32,000 nucleotides of DNA from Blattabacterium cuenoti (lineage in GTDB: Bacteria; Bacteroidota; Bacteroidia; Flavobacteriales; Blattabacteriaceae): the NCBI GenBank assembly GCA_014251975.1, contig CP059204.1, forward strand, positions 390,001-422,000. Direction: 5' to 3'. Made by a program: the position numbers and the translations under genes. The notes under the pieces are model-generated. The model was not told the origin of the DNA. It made no database searches and was given only the letters and a program-made list of their open reading frames with translations. Below are positions 9,870 through 20,867 of this stretch, piece after piece; position 1 is the stretch's first letter; each line of letters opens with the position of its first letter.

Positions 9870-10217
9870 TTATTTAGTTTTTATTTTTACTTTTTTACCT
9901 TTTAATAATTTTATATAATATATTTTAGATCTTCTAACTTTACCTTTTTTATTAATTTCTATATTTTTTATATTATATTGACTTAGAATAAATATTCTTT
10001 CTATACCTATCCCAGAACTAACTTTTCTTACAGTAAATGTTTTATTTATTCCTTTACCTCTTTTTTTTATTACAATACCTTTAAAAGATTGATTTCTTTT
10101 TTTATTTCCTTCTTTTATTTCAAATGAAACAGTAATAGTATCACCCGAATTAAAATATGGAAAATTCTTATTTATTATAAATTTTTCTTCTACATATTTT
10201 ATTATATCTTGTCCCAT
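9870..10217 (-). CDS. rplS: 50S ribosomal protein L19
   Basis: 115-aa basic ORF. The sequence FNSGDTITVSFEIKEGNKKRNQSFKGIVIKKRGKGINKTFTVRK matches the L19 core pattern. Confidence 0.92.
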   Translation of the reverse strand: MGQDIIKYVEEKFIINKNFPYFNSGDTITVSFEIKEGNKKRNQSFKGIVIKKRGKGINKTFTVRKVSSGIGIERIFILSQYNIKNIEINKKGKVRRSKIYYIKLLKGKKVKIKTK

Positions 10218-10219
10218 AT

Positions 10220-11596
10220 TTATAATATTTTTTTTATTTCATTAATTATATTATTTGACAAATAATGTGCTCTTTTTTTTGAAATACTTTGAGAATGTAC
10301 TCTAATAACATTTTCAGTATTAGATTTTCTTATATGTATCCATTCATTATTAAAATATATTTTTATACCGTCATTTATCTCAATTCTTTTTTTTTTATAT
10401 TTTAGTATAATTTTTTTCAATAAAGTTTTATAATTATGATACGAAATTTTTATTTTTTTTTTAGACATAAAATAACTAGAATATCTAGTTTTTAAAATAG
10501 ATAAAGGTATTTTATTTAATTTAGATATATAAGTTAAAAACAAAGCGATTCCAACTAATGCATCTCTTCCATATCTAAATTTAGGATATATAATACTGCC
10601 ATTCCCTTCACCACCTATAACTGCGTTAACTTTTTTCATCACTTTTACAATGTTTACCTCTCCTACAGGAGAACCATAAAATGGAACATTTTTTTTTACA
10701 GAAAGATCGTATAATGCATTAGAAGAAGACGATGTACTAACAACCGGTCCAGTTTCATAATTTAATACATAATCAGCAATAGCTACTAAAGTATATTCTT
10801 CTCCAAAAAAAATGCCATTTTCACAAATAAATACTACTCTATCTACATCAGGATCTACAGCTATACCTAAATCAGATTTAGTATCTTTAACTTTTTTACA
10901 TATATCTTTTAAATTTTTTTCAACAGGTTCAGGATTATGCACAAAATCACCATTAGGATTACAATAAATTTTTATAATATTAACTCCTAATTTTTTAAGA
11001 ATAATAGGTACTGCTATCCCTCCAGTTGAATTTATACCATCTACTACAATTTTAAAATTTGACTTTTTAATAAGATTTTTATCTACTATAGGGATAGACA
11101 AAACTTTCTCTATATGTTTTTTAATATAATCAGACTTTTTAAAACAAAAACCTATTTTTTTATATGATATATAATTACCATATTTTTTTTTTGTCATTTT
11201 TAAAAGTTTATTAAATTCTTTTTCACATAAAGATTCTCCAATAGAATTAAATATTTTCAATCCATTCCAATTTTTAGGATTATGACTTGCAGTTATCATA
11301 ATTCCACCTTGTGTTTTTTCACTTATTATAGACATAGCTAATGTAGGTGTTGTAGATAATCCTATATCAACTACATTTATTCCTAGTATATTAAAAAATA
11401 CTATTATTAATTTATGAAATAATTTTGAAGTAAATCTTCCATCTCTTCCTAAAATAATATAATATTTTTTTTTTTTATGTTTTTTTTTAATCCAATAAAC
11501 AAACCCAGAAGAGAATTTAATTATTTCTTTTGGAGATAAACCATTTTCCCCCTCCAAAGTACCTCTTATGCTAGATAAAGATTTTATAATTACCAA
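10220..11596 (-). CDS. glmM: Phosphoglucosamine mutase / phosphohexomutase family
   Basis: 458-aa ORF with the active-site phosphoserine motif TASHNP, the metal-binding GIAVDPDVDR and the GGEGNGS sugar-binding loop. The N-terminus (M)VIIKSLSSIRGT aligns with the family N-terminus. The start codon is TTG (complement of 11594-11596). Confidence 0.85.
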   Translation of the reverse strand: MVIIKSLSSIRGTLEGENGLSPKEIIKFSSGFVYWIKKKHKKKKYYIILGRDGRFTSKLFHKLIIVFFNILGINVVDIGLSTTPTLAMSIISEKTQGGIMITASHNPKNWNGLKIFNSIGESLCEKEFNKLLKMTKKKYGNYISYKKIGFCFKKSDYIKKHIEKVLSIPIVDKNLIKKSNFKIVVDGINSTGGIAVPIILKKLGVNIIKIYCNPNGDFVHNPEPVEKNLKDICKKVKDTKSDLGIAVDPDVDRVVFICENGIFFGEEYTLVAIADYVLNYETGPVVSTSSSSNALYDLSVKKNVPFYGSPVGEVNIVKVMKKVNAVIGGEGNGSIIYPKFRYGRDALVGIALFLTYISKLNKIPLSILKTRYSSYFMSKKKIKISYHNYKTLLKKIILKYKKKRIEINDGIKIYFNNEWIHIRKSNTENVIRVHSQSISKKRAHYLSNNIINEIKKIL

Positions 11597-11637
11597 AAAC
11601 TAAAAATTTTTATAATGAGAATACTAAATTAAATTTA

Positions 11638-13218
11638 TTATTTTATTTTATCATAATCATCTGATAAATTATTTATATAATTTTTATTAAAATTTTTAAA
11701 TTTATTTTTTGAAGAAGAAAAAATATAATTATTCAATTTTTTTTCTTCATTAATAACATTATTTTTATAATACTCTTCCCATTCTAATGTAATAGATTTT
11801 ATTTTTTTTTCTTTAAAATCTTCAAATTTAGATTTATTACCAATAAATCGTATACGAAAGTTATCTAATCCTCCATTTCTATGCTTAGCTATAATCACTT
11901 CAGCCTGCCCAATACATGAATCATTTTTATTATTTACATCCCAAGTTTTAAATCCATAATATTCAGGTCTATATATAAATAATACTATATCAGCATCTTG
12001 TTCTATAGCTCCAGATTCTCTTAAATCAGATAATAATGGACGTTTATCGCCACCCCTTGTTTCTACTGCTCTAGATAATTGAGATAAGGCTATAATAGGT
12101 ATATTTAATTCTTTAGATATTGATTTTAAATTACGAGAAATTATAGATATTTCTTGTTCTCTATTTTGTAATTTAGTATTACCATAAGTAGATCTACTAC
12201 CCATCAATTGCATATAATCTACAAAAACTAATCTAATTCCATAATTAGAGGTTAAATAACGACATTTTGATCGTAAGTCAAAAATTGATAAAGATGGTGT
12301 ATCATCTATAAATAATGGAGAATTTCTTAATTTTTTTGTTTTTTCAATAAGTGTTTCCCAATCTAAACTAGATAATTCTGCTCTTTTAATTTTTTCCAGT
12401 GAAATTTCACTTTCAGATGAAATTAATTTAGTAATTAATTGTACAGAAGACATTTCTATAGAAAAAATAATTACTGGTATTTTTTGGTCTATTACAATAT
12501 TTCTTACCATTGATAACATAAAAGTAGTTTTACCCATACCTGGTCTAGAAGCTATTATTATTAAATCTGAATTTTGCCATCCTGAAGTAATATAATCTAA
12601 TTTCATGAATCCAGTAGATATTCCACTTAATCCTTCTTTTTTTGTTTTTTTTATTTTATTAATAGCTTTATCAACTAAAAATTTAACATTTTCATATTTT
12701 TGATTTATCAAAAATCTTTTATTAATTTCAAATAATTTAGATTCTGAATAATTTAATAAATCAAAAACATCAATTTTATTATAATAACATTTTTTAATAA
12801 TATTAGATGATAGATTAATTAATTTTCTTAAAATAAATTTTTGCAGAATTAAATGACTATGATGTTCTATATGAGCAGACGATATTACTTTCTGTGTTAA
12901 TTTTATTAAAAATATCTCTCCCCCTATTTCTTCTAATTTACCTATTTTTTTAAGCTCATTTAAAACTGTATATAAATCAATTGGTTTAGAATTATTATAT
13001 AAATTTTGTATAGCTATATATATATATCTATGTTTTTTTTTATAAAAAATATCAGGAAATAACATATTAAAAATTTCGTCTAAACCTTTTTGATCTATCA
13101 TTAGAGCTCCTATTACAGCTTCTTCTATATCTAATAATTGTGGAGTTATTTTTGCTTTTTCAAAAGCATCCTTTTTTTTTATAAATAAACTTTCTTCATT
13201 CATAAAATTAACATTCAT
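11638..13218 (-). CDS. dnaB: Replicative DNA helicase DnaB
   Basis: The ORF has the N-terminal [17 protein letters not shown] block, Walker [11 protein letters not shown], the VDYMQLM motif and [14 protein letters not shown]. The start is ambiguous between TTG 13230, ATG 13218 and ATG 13203. The first two overlap the accA stop at 13208-13210. Confidence 0.92.
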   Translation of the reverse strand: MNVNFMNEESLFIKKKDAFEKAKITPQLLDIEEAVIGALMIDQKGLDEIFNMLFPDIFYKKKHRYIYIAIQNLYNNSKPIDLYTVLNELKKIGKLEEIGGEIFLIKLTQKVISSAHIEHHSHLILQKFILRKLINLSSNIIKKCYYNKIDVFDLLNYSESKLFEINKRFLINQKYENVKFLVDKAINKIKKTKKEGLSGISTGFMKLDYITSGWQNSDLIIIASRPGMGKTTFMLSMVRNIVIDQKIPVIIFSIEMSSVQLITKLISSESEISLEKIKRAELSSLDWETLIEKTKKLRNSPLFIDDTPSLSIFDLRSKCRYLTSNYGIRLVFVDYMQLMGSRSTYGNTKLQNREQEISIISRNLKSISKELNIPIIALSQLSRAVETRGGDKRPLLSDLRESGAIEQDADIVLFIYRPEYYGFKTWDVNNKNDSCIGQAEVIIAKHRNGGLDNFRIRFIGNKSKFEDFKEKKIKSITLEWEEYYKNNVINEEKKLNNYIFSSSKNKFKNFNKNYINNLSDDYDKIK

Positions 13219-14164
13219 TAAATTTACCAATAGAAATATATTTTTCTTTTCTATTTTTAATCATTAATCTTGTATCAATTTTTGACAATTTTTTATAATA
13301 CTTTATAATTTTTTCTTTTACAATTTTAAAAGATTGATTGGGGAATAAATGTGCGCCACCCAATGGTTCTTCAATAATTTCATCTATAAGTTTAAATTTA
13401 TACATATCATAAGAAGTTAATTTTAATAACTTAGCTGATTTCTCTTTTTTACTCCAATCCCCCCAAAGTATTGTTGAACAACTCTCCGGAGAAATAACTG
13501 AGTACCAAGAATTTTCCATCATAGATATTGTATCACCTATTCCAATACCTAAAGCTCCACCACTAGCACCTTCACCAATAATTAAAACAATTATAGGTAC
13601 TTTTAAAGACATCATCTCATAAATATTTTTACCAATAGATTCGCCTTGACCCCTTTCTTCTGCTTCAATTCCTGGAAAAGCTCCAGGAGTATCAATAAAT
13701 GTTACAACTGGTTTATTAAATTTTTCTGCTAATTTCATTAAACGTAGTGCTTTTCTATATCCTTCCGGATTAGGCATACCAAATCTTCTGTATTGTCGTT
13801 CTTTAATATTTCTTCCTTTTTGAGTACCTATTAACATAAAAGTAGTTTCATTTATTTTTCCAAATCCACCTACAATAGCCTTATCATCACCAAATAATCT
13901 ATCACCATGTAATTCTATAAATGATTTTTTTGTTATATTAGTAATATAATCTAAAGTATATGGTCTATTTGGATGTCTAGATAATTGTACCCTTTGCCAT
14001 GGAGTTAACTTTTGATGTATTTTTTTTATTGTTAATTCTAATTTATCATATAATTGTTTACATACATCACTCATATCTATTCCATTTTTTTCCCCTATAG
14101 TTACACAATTAATATACTGGTTATAAATTTCTTCTATAGGTTTTTCAAAATTAAAATATTCCAT
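13208..14164 (-). CDS. accA: Acetyl-CoA carboxylase carboxyltransferase alpha subunit
   Basis: 318-aa ORF carrying [35 protein letters not shown] and [10 protein letters not shown], the AccA signature blocks. Confidence 0.93.
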   Translation of the reverse strand: MEYFNFEKPIEEIYNQYINCVTIGEKNGIDMSDVCKQLYDKLELTIKKIHQKLTPWQRVQLSRHPNRPYTLDYITNITKKSFIELHGDRLFGDDKAIVGGFGKINETTFMLIGTQKGRNIKERQYRRFGMPNPEGYRKALRLMKLAEKFNKPVVTFIDTPGAFPGIEAEERGQGESIGKNIYEMMSLKVPIIVLIIGEGASGGALGIGIGDTISMMENSWYSVISPESCSTILWGDWSKKEKSAKLLKLTSYDMYKFKLIDEIIEEPLGGAHLFPNQSFKIVKEKIIKYYKKLSKIDTRLMIKNRKEKYISIGKFNEC

Positions 14165-14177
14165 ATTATTTAAAATT

Positions 14178-14936
14178 TTATGAAATAAATGATATAATAT
14201 ATTCTTTATTTAAAATAGATATATAATCTGTGGAAATTCCTTTAGGACATTCTAATTCACACGATCCAGTATTTGTACAACTACCAAAACCTTCTTCGTC
14301 CATTTTTTGTACCATATTTAATACTCTTTTTTTTCTTTCTATTTTACCTTGGGGTAACATAGATAATTGAGATATTTTTGATGAAACAAATAACATTGCT
14401 GATCTATTTTTACATGCTGCAACACATGCCCCACACCCTATACATGTAGCAGCATCGAACGCTTCAGAAGCTTTATCTCTAGGTATCAAAATAGTATTAC
14501 CATCAATTGTACTTCCAAATGTATCAACAGAAATGTATCCACCAGAAATTATTATTCTATCAAATGATGATCTATCGACAACAAGATCTTTAATAATAGG
14601 AAAAGGCTTAGCCCTCCAGGGTTCTATACATATAGTTTCTCCATCTGAAAAACTACGCATATGTAGTTGACAAGTAGTAGTTAAATTATCTGGACCATGT
14701 GCTCTACCATTTATATATAAAGAACACATACCACAAATTCCTTCTCTACAATCATGATCAAAAGAAATAGGTAATTCTTGTTTAGAATATAATAACTTCT
14801 CATTTAATAAATCTAACATTTCTAAAAATGAACTATTTGGAGATATATTATTAATATTATAATTTTTAAAATAACCTTTATCTAAGTTATTTTTTTGTCT
14901 CCATATTTTTAGTTTAAAATTTAGCAATTTTTCCAT
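14178..14936 (-). CDS. sdhB: Succinate dehydrogenase / fumarate reductase iron-sulfur subunit
   Basis: 252-aa ORF with three Cys clusters: [15 protein letters not shown] (2Fe-2S), [11 protein letters not shown] (4Fe-4S) and [12 protein letters not shown] (3Fe-4S). Confidence 0.93.
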   Translation of the reverse strand: MEKLLNFKLKIWRQKNNLDKGYFKNYNINNISPNSSFLEMLDLLNEKLLYSKQELPISFDHDCREGICGMCSLYINGRAHGPDNLTTTCQLHMRSFSDGETICIEPWRAKPFPIIKDLVVDRSSFDRIIISGGYISVDTFGSTIDGNTILIPRDKASEAFDAATCIGCGACVAACKNRSAMLFVSSKISQLSMLPQGKIERKKRVLNMVQKMDEEGFGSCTNTGSCELECPKGISTDYISILNKEYIISFIS

Positions 14937-14942
14937 AAAAAT

Positions 14943-16970
14943 TTATTTATAAGAACGTGATTCTATTTTTAAAGAAGTAAAATCCAAATATTCTTTTTTC
15001 ATATACTTATCACTAATTGACATATTTTTATTATATTCCCATATAGAAACATATTTGAAATCTTTATCATTTCTTAATGGTTCACCATCATTAGTTTGAT
15101 ATTCTTCTCTAAAATGACTACCACAAGATTCTTTTCTACTTAAAGCATCTATTGCCATTAATTGTGCCAATTCTAAGTAGTCTGATACTCTTATAGCTTT
15201 ATCTAATTCATTATTTAATCCATCTTCTATATGCCCAGGAACAAATACATTTTTCCAGAATTCGTATCTAATTTCTTTTATTTTTTGTATTGATTTCATT
15301 AATCCTTTTTTATTTCTACTCATACCTACATATTTCCACATTATTTTACCTAATATTTTATGAAAATAATCTACAGTTTTTTTCCCATTATTATTAATAA
15401 TACTTTTTAATATATCTTTTACTTTTTTTTCTGATTTATAAAATTCGTTATGCTGTATAGGTATTGTTTTTTCGTTAATATATTTAGATAAATAATCAGA
15501 TATTGTATAAGGAAGTATAAAATATCCATCTGCTAGTCCTTGCATTAATGCTGATGCTCCTAGTCTATTAGCACCATGATCTGAAAAGTTAGCTTCTCCT
15601 ATAACAAAACATCCTGGGATAGACGACATTAAATTATAATCTACCCATATTCCCCCCATAGTATAATGTACTGCTGGATAAATTTTCATAGGATTTTTAT
15701 AAGGATTTTTATTAGTTATTTTTTTATACATATGGAATAAGTTACCATATTTATATTCTATAATTTTTTCTCCTAGTTTTATTATTTTTTCTGGTGTTGC
15801 AGTAATACCTAATTCATTTTCTTTTTCTTTACCATATTTTTTTATAGAAGAATTAAAATCTAAAAAGACACCTTCTTTGTTATCATTATTTTCTATACCA
15901 AAACCTTTATCACAACGTTCCTTAGCAGCTCTAGATGCTACATCTCTTGGAACTAAATTACCAAAAGAAGGATAACGTCTTTCTAAAAAATAATCTCTTC
16001 TTTCTTCACTTATATTTTTTGGTTCTATTTTCATATTTCGTATTAAAACAGAATCTTCTATATATTTTGGAACCCATATTCTACCGTCATTTCTCAATGA
16101 TTCAGACATTAAAGTTAGTTTAGATTGATAATCTCCATGAGATGGTATACAAGTAGGATGTATTTGTGTAAAACATGGATTTGCAAATTTACCACCATTT
16201 TTATGTATTTTCCATATAGCACTACTATTAGAACCCATAGCATTAGTTGACAAGAAAAAAATATTACTATAACCTCCAGTAGCAATAACTACAGCATGTG
16301 ATGAATGTCTTTCTATATCCCCAGTAATTAAATTTCTTGCTATTATACCTCTAGCAATACCATTTATTATAACTATATCCATCATTTCATGTCTATTATA
16401 CATTTTTATTTTACCTTTACCTATTTGTCTACACATAGCTGAATAACAACCTAATAAAAGTTGTTGTCCAGTTTGTCCTTTAGCATAAAAAGTTCTGGAT
16501 ACTTTAGTACCACCGAAAGACCTAGTTTCTAAATATCCAGCATAATCTCTAGCAAAAGGAACACCTTGTGCTACACATTGATCAATAATATTAGACGATA
16601 TTTCTGATAAACGATATACATTTGCTTCTCTAGAACGATAATCTCCTCCTTTTATAGTATCATAGAATAATTGATATATAGAATCATTATCTGCCTTATA
16701 ATTTTTAGCTGCATTTATCCCACCTTGAGCAGCTATAGAATGAGCTCTCCTTGGAGAATCTTGATAACAAAATGTTTTTACATTATATCCTAATTCTGAT
16801 AATGCAGCTGAAGCAGATCCACCTGATAATCCACTACCTACTACAATAATTTTTATTTTATTCCTATTATTTGGAGATACTAGTTTTAAATAAGATTTAT
16901 GATTTTTCCATTTTTCATTTAAAGGACCATTAGGTATTTTTGAATCTATATTTAATAATTTTTTTAACAT
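14943..16970 (-). CDS. sdhA: Succinate dehydrogenase / fumarate reductase flavoprotein subunit
   Basis: 675-aa ORF with the FAD dinucleotide fold [15 protein letters not shown], the covalent-FAD His context [14 protein letters not shown], and the HYTMGG and ANRLGASAL blocks. Confidence 0.95.
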   Translation of the reverse strand: MLKKLLNIDSKIPNGPLNEKWKNHKSYLKLVSPNNRNKIKIIVVGSGLSGGSASAALSELGYNVKTFCYQDSPRRAHSIAAQGGINAAKNYKADNDSIYQLFYDTIKGGDYRSREANVYRLSEISSNIIDQCVAQGVPFARDYAGYLETRSFGGTKVSRTFYAKGQTGQQLLLGCYSAMCRQIGKGKIKMYNRHEMMDIVIINGIARGIIARNLITGDIERHSSHAVVIATGGYSNIFFLSTNAMGSNSSAIWKIHKNGGKFANPCFTQIHPTCIPSHGDYQSKLTLMSESLRNDGRIWVPKYIEDSVLIRNMKIEPKNISEERRDYFLERRYPSFGNLVPRDVASRAAKERCDKGFGIENNDNKEGVFLDFNSSIKKYGKEKENELGITATPEKIIKLGEKIIEYKYGNLFHMYKKITNKNPYKNPMKIYPAVHYTMGGIWVDYNLMSSIPGCFVIGEANFSDHGANRLGASALMQGLADGYFILPYTISDYLSKYINEKTIPIQHNEFYKSEKKVKDILKSIINNNGKKTVDYFHKILGKIMWKYVGMSRNKKGLMKSIQKIKEIRYEFWKNVFVPGHIEDGLNNELDKAIRVSDYLELAQLMAIDALSRKESCGSHFREEYQTNDGEPLRNDKDFKYVSIWEYNKNMSISDKYMKKEYLDFTSLKIESRSYK

Positions 16971-16976
16971 CTATAA

Positions 16977-17627
16977 TTAGTTTAAAAAAAACCATATTGC
17001 AATTATAGAAAATCCAGAAGATATAATACAAGAATATAATAAACCCAACTGTTTTATAAAAAAAAATCTATTTCTAGATAATCCTAAAGATTGAAAAGAT
17101 GATTGAAATCCATGATTTAAATGAATCCCCAATATTAAAAAAGATATTACATATATAATAGTATATAACGGGTTTTTAAATAATGAAATTACTAAATAAT
17201 AATCTGAATAATTATTATATGAATATTTCATAGGAATTGAAAAATTAATTAAATGAAGTATTAAAAAACACAATATTAAAATACCAGTATATATCATTGT
17301 TCTACTACTAAAATCAGTAGTGATATGTAAGGATTTTATTAAATAACTAAATTTTCCTTTTGATTTTTTGTAATTTTGAAAACTTAAATTAACACCTATT
17401 AAAATATGAATAATAAACCCAGTAGATAATACATATTCCATTATATGTATAAATGTATTATTTCTCATAAAATATACTGAATTATTAAAAGATTTCTCTC
17501 CAAAAAAAAGAGAACAATTAATAACAAGATGTAAAAATAAAAAAACTATAAGAAAAATTCCAGTTGTTGCCATTATTATTTTTTTACCGATTGATGATCT
17601 AAAAAATCTAAAATAATTCACACACAA
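16977..17627 (-). CDS. sdhC: Succinate dehydrogenase cytochrome b subunit (b558 family)
   Basis: 216-aa ORF with five hydrophobic segments and conserved His residues (FLHLVINC, IIHILIG, LILHLINF, GIHLNHGF). It lies directly upstream of sdhA/sdhB. No ATG precedes the conserved SSIGKK block, so the start must be TTG 17627 or GTG 17621. Confidence 0.85.
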   Translation of the reverse strand: MCVNYFRFFRSSIGKKIIMATTGIFLIVFLFLHLVINCSLFFGEKSFNNSVYFMRNNTFIHIMEYVLSTGFIIHILIGVNLSFQNYKKSKGKFSYLIKSLHITTDFSSRTMIYTGILILCFLILHLINFSIPMKYSYNNYSDYYLVISLFKNPLYTIIYVISFLILGIHLNHGFQSSFQSLGLSRNRFFFIKQLGLLYSCIISSGFSIIAIWFFLN

Positions 17628-17665
17628 TTAAATTATAATTAATTATCTAAAATAAAAAAATTATA

Positions 17666-18844
17666 TTAAAAATTAGTTTTAAAATTTTTATTTTTTATCA
17701 TTTTTAATGATTTTATTAATAAATCTATATCTTTTTTGTCATTAAAAATCCCAAAAGAAATTCTTATAGGCATCATATTCCTTAATAATATTTTATTTGT
17801 AATAGATTTAATTACATGAGATATACTTTTTATATCATTATTACATGAACTCCCTTTAGATACAGCAACGCCCATTAAATCTAGATAAAAATATAATAAA
17901 TGATCTTGTTTTATAGGATATAAAAAATTTAATATAGAAGTTATGCTCTTATTTATATCGCAAGATAGTCCATTAAATATAATACCTGGAATATGTTTTT
18001 TTAATGAAATTATTGAATATATTTTTAATTTTTTTATTTTATTTATATTTTTTGAAAAATCACGATTAGATAATTTTAATGCTTCTGATAAACCAACAAT
18101 TCCAGATACATTTTCAGTACCAGAACGTATACCATATTCTTGATTACCTCCTGTAATAAAATTTTTTATTTTATAAAAAATATACTTTCTAATAAAAACA
18201 AAACCTATTCCCTTTGGGCCATAAAATTTATGAGCACTTGCAGTAGCAAAATCAAATTCTAACTTTTCCATATCAATAGGTATGTTTCCTATGCATTGTA
18301 TAGTATCTGAATGAAAATAAGCATTATACTTTTTACATAAAAATATTACATTTTCTATTTCTAACAAATTTCCTATTTCATTATTAGCATACATTAAACT
18401 TACCAATGTTTCTTTTTTTTTTGATAAATATTTTTTTAACAAATATTCTATATGGTTTAAGTCGTGTATTCCATTTTTATTAAAATTTACAAAATGTATA
18501 TGAACTTTATTTTTATTAAATATAATTGTATTTAATACAGAAAAATGCTCTAATTTAGAAGTTATTATATGTTTAATTCCTAAGCTTAATATTGAAGTAT
18601 TTAATACTAAATTATTTGCTTCTGTACCACCAGAAGTAAAAACTATTTCATTTGGAGATGATGCATTTATATATTTTGATATATAAAATCTTGATTCTTC
18701 TATTATAGAGCGGGAAGCTCTACCATAACTATGTTGTATTGAAGAAGGATTTCCAAATGTATTTTTTAATGTTTTTACTATAACTTTTATGACTTCATTT
18801 CTTACCTGTGTTGTTGATGCATTATCTAAATATGATCTTTTCAT
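17666..18844 (-). CDS. Cysteine desulfurase (class V aminotransferase, NifS/IscS-like)
   Basis: 392-aa ORF with the N-terminal YLDNASTT block, the PLP-lysine motif SAHKFYGPKGIG and a catalytic-Cys loop VSKGSSC. No scaffold or partner gene is adjacent. Confidence 0.88.
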   Translation of the reverse strand: MKRSYLDNASTTQVRNEVIKVIVKTLKNTFGNPSSIQHSYGRASRSIIEESRFYISKYINASSPNEIVFTSGGTEANNLVLNTSILSLGIKHIITSKLEHFSVLNTIIFNKNKVHIHFVNFNKNGIHDLNHIEYLLKKYLSKKKETLVSLMYANNEIGNLLEIENVIFLCKKYNAYFHSDTIQCIGNIPIDMEKLEFDFATASAHKFYGPKGIGFVFIRKYIFYKIKNFITGGNQEYGIRSGTENVSGIVGLSEALKLSNRDFSKNINKIKKLKIYSIISLKKHIPGIIFNGLSCDINKSITSILNFLYPIKQDHLLYFYLDLMGVAVSKGSSCNNDIKSISHVIKSITNKILLRNMMPIRISFGIFNDKKDIDLLIKSLKMIKNKNFKTNF

Positions 18845-19021
18845 ATATATAGATATTTAATTTTTATTTAAATAATTGTAAAAATATTTTTAATAAAAAA
18901 TCAATTAAAAATTTTTATATTGGCCTCTTTATCTGATAGATATCTATAAAAACATTTTTTTTATATTTTATTTAATGTTGTTTAACTGTTTTATTTTTAA
19001 ATAAATTTAAATTAAATAAAT

Positions 19022-20608
19022 ATGTATATATATATTGTATTTTCAATTATAATAGGTGTCTTAATAGGTATCATTACATGTTTTTTTTTTATAAAAAAAA
19101 TACTTATAAAAGAATATGTACAATTATTACAAAAAAATAATTATAATTCAAAAAAAATTATAAAATATTCAAAAATAAACAGCGAATTAATACAAAAAAA
19201 AAATATTATTAGAGAAAAAGAAAAATTTTTAGAATTTAAATTAAAATACAAAAAAAATATAAAAATAAGAGAAAATAAAATAATAGAAATTGAATATAGA
19301 ACAAAAAATAAAGAAAAGAGGTTATTTAAGGAAATAGAAATTTACTTTAAAAAAAATAACCGTCTTAAATATAAAATATATGATTATGAAAAAAAATACA
19401 GAATTTTAAAAAAAAAAGAAGAAAAATTAAAAATTTTTAATATTAAACGCCGTATTCAACATATAGAATTATTAGAAAAAATATCTAACTACTCTTCAAA
19501 AGAAGCAAAAAAAAAATTATTTGATATTATTAAAATAGAATCTAAATTTAAAATCAAATCCTATATACAGAATACCATAAATAAATCTAAAATTACTGCA
19601 AAAATACAAGCTACAAAAATTTTAATTCAAGCTATACAACGGTTAGGTACAGAACAAGCTGTGGAAAATTCTATATCTATTTTTAAAATAGAATCAGATG
19701 ATATAAAAGGGCGTATTATTGGTAAAGAAGGTAGAAATATTAGAACTTTAGAGAAAATAACAGGAGTAGAAATTATTGTTGATGATACACCAGAAATAAT
19801 ACTATTATCTTGTTTCAATCCTATACGTAGAAAAGTTGCGGAAATATCACTTAAAAAATTAGTTATAGATGGTAGGATAAATCCATCTAGAATTGAAGAA
19901 ATAGTAAAAAAAACAGAACTTCAAATTGAAGAAGAAATAATAGAAATAGGAAAAAAAATTATAATAGATTTAGAAATACATAAAATACATCCAGAATTAA
20001 TAAAAATGATAGGAAAAATGAAATATCGTTTTTCTTATGGACAAAATTTATTACAACATTCTAATGAAGTAGCTATATTATCCTCAATAATAGCTTCTGA
20101 ATTAGGATTAAATGTAAAATTATCAAAAAGAGCTGGTATATTACATGATATAGGTAAAATACCAGAATATGAATCAGAAAATCCTCATTCTATTTTAGGA
20201 ATGAAATTAGCAGAAAAATATGGAGAAACTTGGGAAGTATGTAACGCTATTGGTTCACATCATGATGAAATTGAAATGTTAACATTAATTGCTCCAATTA
20301 TACAAATTTCAGATTCTATTAGTGGATCTAGACCAGGTGTTAGAAAAAACTCTTTTGAATCTTTTTCAAGAAGATTAAAAAAATTAGAAGAAATAGCACT
20401 TAGCTTTAATGGTGTAAATAAAGCTTTTGCTATTCAAGCTGGTAAAGAATTGCGGATATTAGTAAATAGTAATAAAATTGATGATTTTAAAGCTATTAAA
20501 TTATCTTGTGATATTACAAAAAAAATAAAAAATGAAATTACATATCCTGGACAAATAAAAATAACAGTTATAAGAGAAACTAGATCAATAAATATAGCTA
20601 AAAATTAA
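19022..20608 (+). CDS. rny: Ribonuclease Y
   Basis: 528-aa ORF with an N-terminal membrane anchor (IVFSIIIGVLIGIITCFFFI) and a Lys/Glu coiled-coil region. It has a KH domain (IGKEGRNIRTLEKITGVEIIVDD) and an HD domain (HSNEVA...AGILHDIGK...HH). Confidence 0.93.
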   Translation: MYIYIVFSIIIGVLIGIITCFFFIKKILIKEYVQLLQKNNYNSKKIIKYSKINSELIQKKNIIREKEKFLEFKLKYKKNIKIRENKIIEIEYRTKNKEKRLFKEIEIYFKKNNRLKYKIYDYEKKYRILKKKEEKLKIFNIKRRIQHIELLEKISNYSSKEAKKKLFDIIKIESKFKIKSYIQNTINKSKITAKIQATKILIQAIQRLGTEQAVENSISIFKIESDDIKGRIIGKEGRNIRTLEKITGVEIIVDDTPEIILLSCFNPIRRKVAEISLKKLVIDGRINPSRIEEIVKKTELQIEEEIIEIGKKIIIDLEIHKIHPELIKMIGKMKYRFSYGQNLLQHSNEVAILSSIIASELGLNVKLSKRAGILHDIGKIPEYESENPHSILGMKLAEKYGETWEVCNAIGSHHDEIEMLTLIAPIIQISDSISGSRPGVRKNSFESFSRRLKKLEEIALSFNGVNKAFAIQAGKELRILVNSNKIDDFKAIKLSCDITKKIKNEITYPGQIKITVIRETRSINIAKN

Positions 20609-20867
20609 ATAAAAATTAACATAATTTTTTACATATAATATAACTATTATAGTTTTTATTGTTTTTTTTATTATGTTTTATTAAATTACATATTTATAAT
20701 AAATTTTTAAAAAAAAATTTATTATTACTTATTATTGCTTTATATATAATTAATTTTTTTTATAATATAATATTGTTACAAATAACTAATATATCACTTT
20801 AAGTTAACTAATATTAAGTATATATAATAAAATTAGTTTTTAACAATATTTATTTAATATTTTTATT

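Noticed and set aside
20697-20724. Perfect 12-bp-stem AT-only hairpin (taataaattttt-aaaa-aaaaatttatta) as a terminator downstream of rny
   Set aside because: It lies about 90 nt past the rny stop and consists only of A/T pairs, so the stem would be weak. Such palindromes are expected by chance in spacers that are almost entirely A/T. I do not call it a terminator.
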